The notes beneath the pieces were generated by a model. The model ran no database searches. It was not told where the DNA came from and was given only the letters and a program-made list of their open reading frames with translations. Shown here piece after piece: positions 60,565 through 64,000 of a DNA stretch of 64,000 nucleotides. This DNA is from an uncultured cyanobacterium (GTDB taxonomy: Bacteria; Cyanobacteriota; Cyanobacteriia; PCC-9006; JAAUQQ01): positions 1,344,001 through 1,408,000 of the forward strand of contig OY970368.1 in assembly GCA_963718615.1 (NCBI GenBank), given 5' to 3'. A program made the translations under genes and the position numbers. Positions within the stretch are counted from its first letter, which is position 1. Each line of letters begins with the position of its first letter.

Positions 60565-61572
60565 ATGAAAGAGCTGGCTCAATCCTTCTGGAATCACTTC
60601 TGGACTTTTCTCGGCCCTCGTCAGTTTTATGCTTGGCAGAGTGCGCTGTGGCTGAGTGTTTTGGCCTGGGTGCTGTCGCGGATTACGCGATCGCCCGTCC
60701 AACTGGATGCCCCGATCACGGCCTACAGCATTCTGATTACGTTTAGCTGGATCTTTTTGATTATTGCCGTGGGCTGGTTCACCACCGAGTACCCGATCAA
60801 GATTTTTGGGCAGAACCTTGGGCCTTGGCTCACGGGGATCCTAGTGTGTCTGTTTTTATTTGACCGAGGAGAAGCGCCGCTGGTGCGTCCTGCGCTCTTG
60901 AGCTGGCCCTTGATTTCGACGGCGATCGCCGCCTTCCCCGATTTTGTCAAAGTCGATTCGGGCTTTACGGTGCCTCGGGGCCTGCAAACGCGGCAGCGCC
61001 TGGTTGTCCTACTGCTGGCTAATCTACTGCTGACAAGCTGGATTTTTTTGGGGTTGAGGATCCAAACCTGGTTTGAGCAATATCCGGGGTTACGGGGTGA
61101 GCGCTTTAATGAAAGCCTCGTAGTCATGGAGCCCTGGTCCTGGCAACCGGACTATCGTCGGGCAGACGCCATTGTGGAAGAAATGAGTAACCAGCTCGTC
61201 CAGGACACGACGGGGGTGACCGTGCCCGAGGTCGAACGCTGGCTAATGGAGCGTCGGGAAAATCCCTATCTCTTCCGTGATGCGGTCATGAACCAACTGG
61301 CCAAAAATAACAGTGACCGTCGCCTCGACCAGGAATTTTGGCAGCTCCGAACCCTAGTGAGTGAACCCGATGGAACCCAAATAGCTCCCTTGGCCCTAGG
61401 CAGTCGTGCCGAGTACCAGGTCACGCTACAAGCCATCTGGACCGGCCCCCACAGTCATCAAGATGGCCATGGGCGGCAGCTTCAGTGCCAAATCAACGTG
61501 GCCAGTAGCAATCGGACCCAGGTGGTGTGCGATCGCGACATCAAAGCCAAGCAAACCGAATCCCAAACATAG
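60565..61572 (+). CDS. fraD: Septal junction protein FraD (DUF5357)
   Basis: Five TM segments (AWQS, PWLTG, WPLIS..IAAFP.F, RQ.L) plus a periplasmic domain (VERWL, FWQL, W.GP, two Cys). Confidence 0.8.
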   Translation: MKELAQSFWNHFWTFLGPRQFYAWQSALWLSVLAWVLSRITRSPVQLDAPITAYSILITFSWIFLIIAVGWFTTEYPIKIFGQNLGPWLTGILVCLFLFDRGEAPLVRPALLSWPLISTAIAAFPDFVKVDSGFTVPRGLQTRQRLVVLLLANLLLTSWIFLGLRIQTWFEQYPGLRGERFNESLVVMEPWSWQPDYRRADAIVEEMSNQLVQDTTGVTVPEVERWLMERRENPYLFRDAVMNQLAKNNSDRRLDQEFWQLRTLVSEPDGTQIAPLALGSRAEYQVTLQAIWTGPHSHQDGHGRQLQCQINVASSNRTQVVCDRDIKAKQTESQT

Positions 61573-61598
61573 GCATCAGGCAAAGACGGAGGAGAGAA

Positions 61599-62372
61599 AT
61601 GAATCTTCAACGGGTGTGGGTGATTGCAGCCAATGTTTTTCGGGAGGTCATTCGCGATCGCGTCCTTTACCTCGTCGGTCTATTTGCCCTGGTGCTGCTG
61701 CTGGCCAGTCGCCTCCTGCCGGAAATTTCCAGCGTAGCCGCAGAGAAAACCTTCACAGATTTGGGACTAGCGGCCATCGGCGTCTTTGGCCTCGTGGTGA
61801 CGCTCTTCGTTGCACCAGGCTTGGTGAATAAGGAAATCGACAAACGGACGGTCTTTATCCTGATTTCAAAACCGCTGAGCCGGGCTGAACTAATTCTCGG
61901 CAAGCATTTGGGCCTTTGTGGGGTGCTCGCTGTCTTGCTGGCGGCGATGGCAGGGATCTACATTCTGCTGCTCCAAAGCTATCAGATTGCCTTTCTGCCG
62001 GTGCCCCTAGCCCTGAGCTTGGTTTATTTACTGCTGGAACTTGCCTTACTCACCGCCTTTGCCCTGCTCTTTGGTAGTGCCACTAGCTCGCTGCTGGCTA
62101 CGCTCCTTACCTTGGCGATTTATTTGACCGGCCACCTCAGCCCAGACTTGGTCCAGCTTGCCAAGCTGACAGAGAACCCCAACCTTCAGCGAGTAGTTCG
62201 CAGTCTCTATTTGGTGCTCCCCGATTTGTCTCGCTTTAACTTTCGCAATGAGTCAGTTTATGGCATTCTCCCCAGTGCGAATGGGTTAATCACAACCGCA
62301 CTGTATGGCATTGCCTATACGTTTGTTTTACTGGTCTTAACCAGCTTTATTTTTTCTAAGAGAGAATTTTAA
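61599..62372 (+). CDS. fraE: ABC-type permease FraE
   Basis: RVWVIAANVFREVIRDRVLY, KEIDKRT, KPLSR, LPDLSRFN. GGAGG RBS before ATG 61599. Confidence 0.82.
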   Translation: MNLQRVWVIAANVFREVIRDRVLYLVGLFALVLLLASRLLPEISSVAAEKTFTDLGLAAIGVFGLVVTLFVAPGLVNKEIDKRTVFILISKPLSRAELILGKHLGLCGVLAVLLAAMAGIYILLLQSYQIAFLPVPLALSLVYLLLELALLTAFALLFGSATSSLLATLLTLAIYLTGHLSPDLVQLAKLTENPNLQRVVRSLYLVLPDLSRFNFRNESVYGILPSANGLITTALYGIAYTFVLLVLTSFIFSKREF

Positions 62373-62884
62373 GACAATCAAAACCGCGACAAAAATAGTA
62401 TAGAGAATGAGGATTTTATACACATATTTTGCAAGTATTAAGTCCTGATGGTCGCCCCCAAAACTGCTCCCCATTAGATTATAATTTTGTTGCAAAAGTG
62501 ACCTCCTTTGAGTCTTCACGGATACCGAATCAAAAGTTAGAAAAGCTACAGAAAATGGAGGTTGGCCCTCAATCTCAGCAGATTGGCTGTTGATTCGTTC
62601 CGCATCTACCTTACAATTTCATCACTTTAATTCTGGTCACGGAGGTCGCTGAGACAGCCTCTAGGGATTCTCCTGGGGAGATTTGTCTCACTTTTTCAAT
62701 CTACGGGTAAGAACTTGTAGATTTCGAAGAACCAATGTAGATTTATGGGGCCATGGAGCAGGTTCTCGCCAGAGATTAATCGAACCTTAAGAAAATTGCC
62801 GACGGTTTTTTCTAAGTGTAGGTTCTTTCTAATTTTCTGCTCATAGCTCAGCGTTCCTCTGTGTCTTTAACTTCCTGCAAGCCG

Positions 62885-63946
62885 ATGAGATCCTGGATGC
62901 CGCTCTTATTGCGAAGTCGGGTGTTTCTTGCGGTGGCTCTCCCCCTAGCCGCTGTGGCCACACCATTCCGGTTGCAAGCTGCTGATGTAGTGAATACCGC
63001 CTCAGGTATTGCTAATGGCTTTACGCAACCAACCAATTCCAACCCTGCAGTCATCTCTGCGGGACAGCCCGATTTGGAGCTGATTAAAACGGGCGATCGC
63101 TCTGCCGCAGAACCCGGTGATACGGTGGTTTACCGCCTGCTCTTTGCAAATCGAGGCGATGCATCCGCGACCTTGGCGAATGTTCAAGACACGCTACCGC
63201 GTGGACTCAATCTGAAGTCCAATTCTCTCAAGGCGGTGCTCACCAGTGCCTTAGGGAAAACAGCGATTGATATTGGTCCCGTCAATACGGCGGGTCGTGC
63301 CTTCTCGGCCAGCTTAAACAATGGCGCTGGGGTCATTATCCAGCCGGGTGATGTTTTGGATGTCGTCTATGCGGCGGAAGTCACTCCAGATGCGGTTCGA
63401 GGCAATGGACGGAACCTAGCCGTGGGTCAGTTGTTGAGCGGAACTTTAACCAATACGGCAGTTCACCGTCTACGGATTCGCCCCGGCATTCTCTCCGATT
63501 GCGGCACGATTTTGGGTCGCGTGTTTGTAGACACCAACATGAATGGATTCCATGAACCCGGTGAGCCCGGTGTGCCCTACGCAGTGGTGTTCATGGATGA
63601 CGGCAACCGCATCACCACCGACGAAGAGGGTCTGTATTCCCTTGCCAAGGTCATCGGCGGCAGACGGGTTGGAACCATTGATCTCTCCAGCGTGCCGGGA
63701 TATGAAATTTCGCCGGAACCCAACTTTATTGACCGCAAGAGCGTTTCCCGCTGGGTGCAGCTCGCGCCGGGGACGACCCGCGTCATGAACTTTGGCCTCA
63801 AACCCTTGCCCGAGCCCGAGCCGGAACCTATTCCTGAACCGGAACCCATTATCCCTGCGCCCCTACCCGAGCCAGAACCCATTCCAGAGCCTGAGCCGGA
63901 ACCCGAGCCTACCCAAGAAGCTGCTCCCGTTCCTGCGTTGTTCTAG
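62885..63946 (+). CDS. Exported DUF11 + SdrD-B-like domain protein with Pro-Glu stalk
   Basis: Signal peptide, LELIKTGDR.AAEPGDTVVY, VQDTLPRG, GRVFVD.N.NG...GEPGVP, (PE)n, C-terminal PVPALF. Confidence 0.8.
   Translation: MRSWMPLLLRSRVFLAVALPLAAVATPFRLQAADVVNTASGIANGFTQPTNSNPAVISAGQPDLELIKTGDRSAAEPGDTVVYRLLFANRGDASATLANVQDTLPRGLNLKSNSLKAVLTSALGKTAIDIGPVNTAGRAFSASLNNGAGVIIQPGDVLDVVYAAEVTPDAVRGNGRNLAVGQLLSGTLTNTAVHRLRIRPGILSDCGTILGRVFVDTNMNGFHEPGEPGVPYAVVFMDDGNRITTDEEGLYSLAKVIGGRRVGTIDLSSVPGYEISPEPNFIDRKSVSRWVQLAPGTTRVMNFGLKPLPEPEPEPIPEPEPIIPAPLPEPEPIPEPEPEPEPTQEAAPVPALF
63805..63910 (+). repeat. Coding low-complexity (Pro-Glu)n repeat
   Basis: LPEPEPEPIPEPEPIIPAPLPEPEPIPEPEPEPEP. Confidence 0.85.
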
Positions 63947-64000
63947 GACCGCACTCGGCGATCGCCCCTAATCTCCGACCGTCGAGTTTCGATGCTTTCG

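Noticed and set aside
62590-62700. Possible riboswitch in the leader of the DUF11 gene
   Set aside because: Hairpin potential (TGAGACA...TGTCTCA followed by a T run) is present, but c-di-GMP and glutamine aptamer signatures are not.
1-64000. tRNA, rRNA, transposase or integrase genes
   Set aside because: None recognised. The frequent GCGATCGC octamers are ordinary cyanobacterial HIP1.

Overview
Chromosomal DNA from a cyanobacterium (dense HIP1 GCGATCGC sites). The fraC-fraD-fraE operon indicates it is filamentous. Housekeeping content includes trmH, uvrC, tal, hom, purK with its neighbouring 6S RNA, rmuC, iaaA, argZ/agrE, pbpC and a duplicated-domain cobalamin adenosyltransferase. Five things stand out. 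(1) A ~1900-aa secreted phosphatase/5'-nucleotidase/nuclease fusion sits behind a triple Pho box. (2) One gene fuses an ammonium transporter, a histidine kinase, a receiver and an adenylate cyclase, with key residues intact in every module. (3) An AT-rich, HIP1-free, 11-gene polysaccharide island lies between Uma2 genes, and its first three genes are bracketed by a 90-bp inverted repeat. (4) A WD40 protein with a duplicated glycine-zipper N-terminus and a PspA/Vipp1-like segment lies between two 80-bp direct repeats. (5) A 13-bp tandem-repeat family recurs in two divergent promoter regions. All assignments come from motif recognition by eye; no database search was run.
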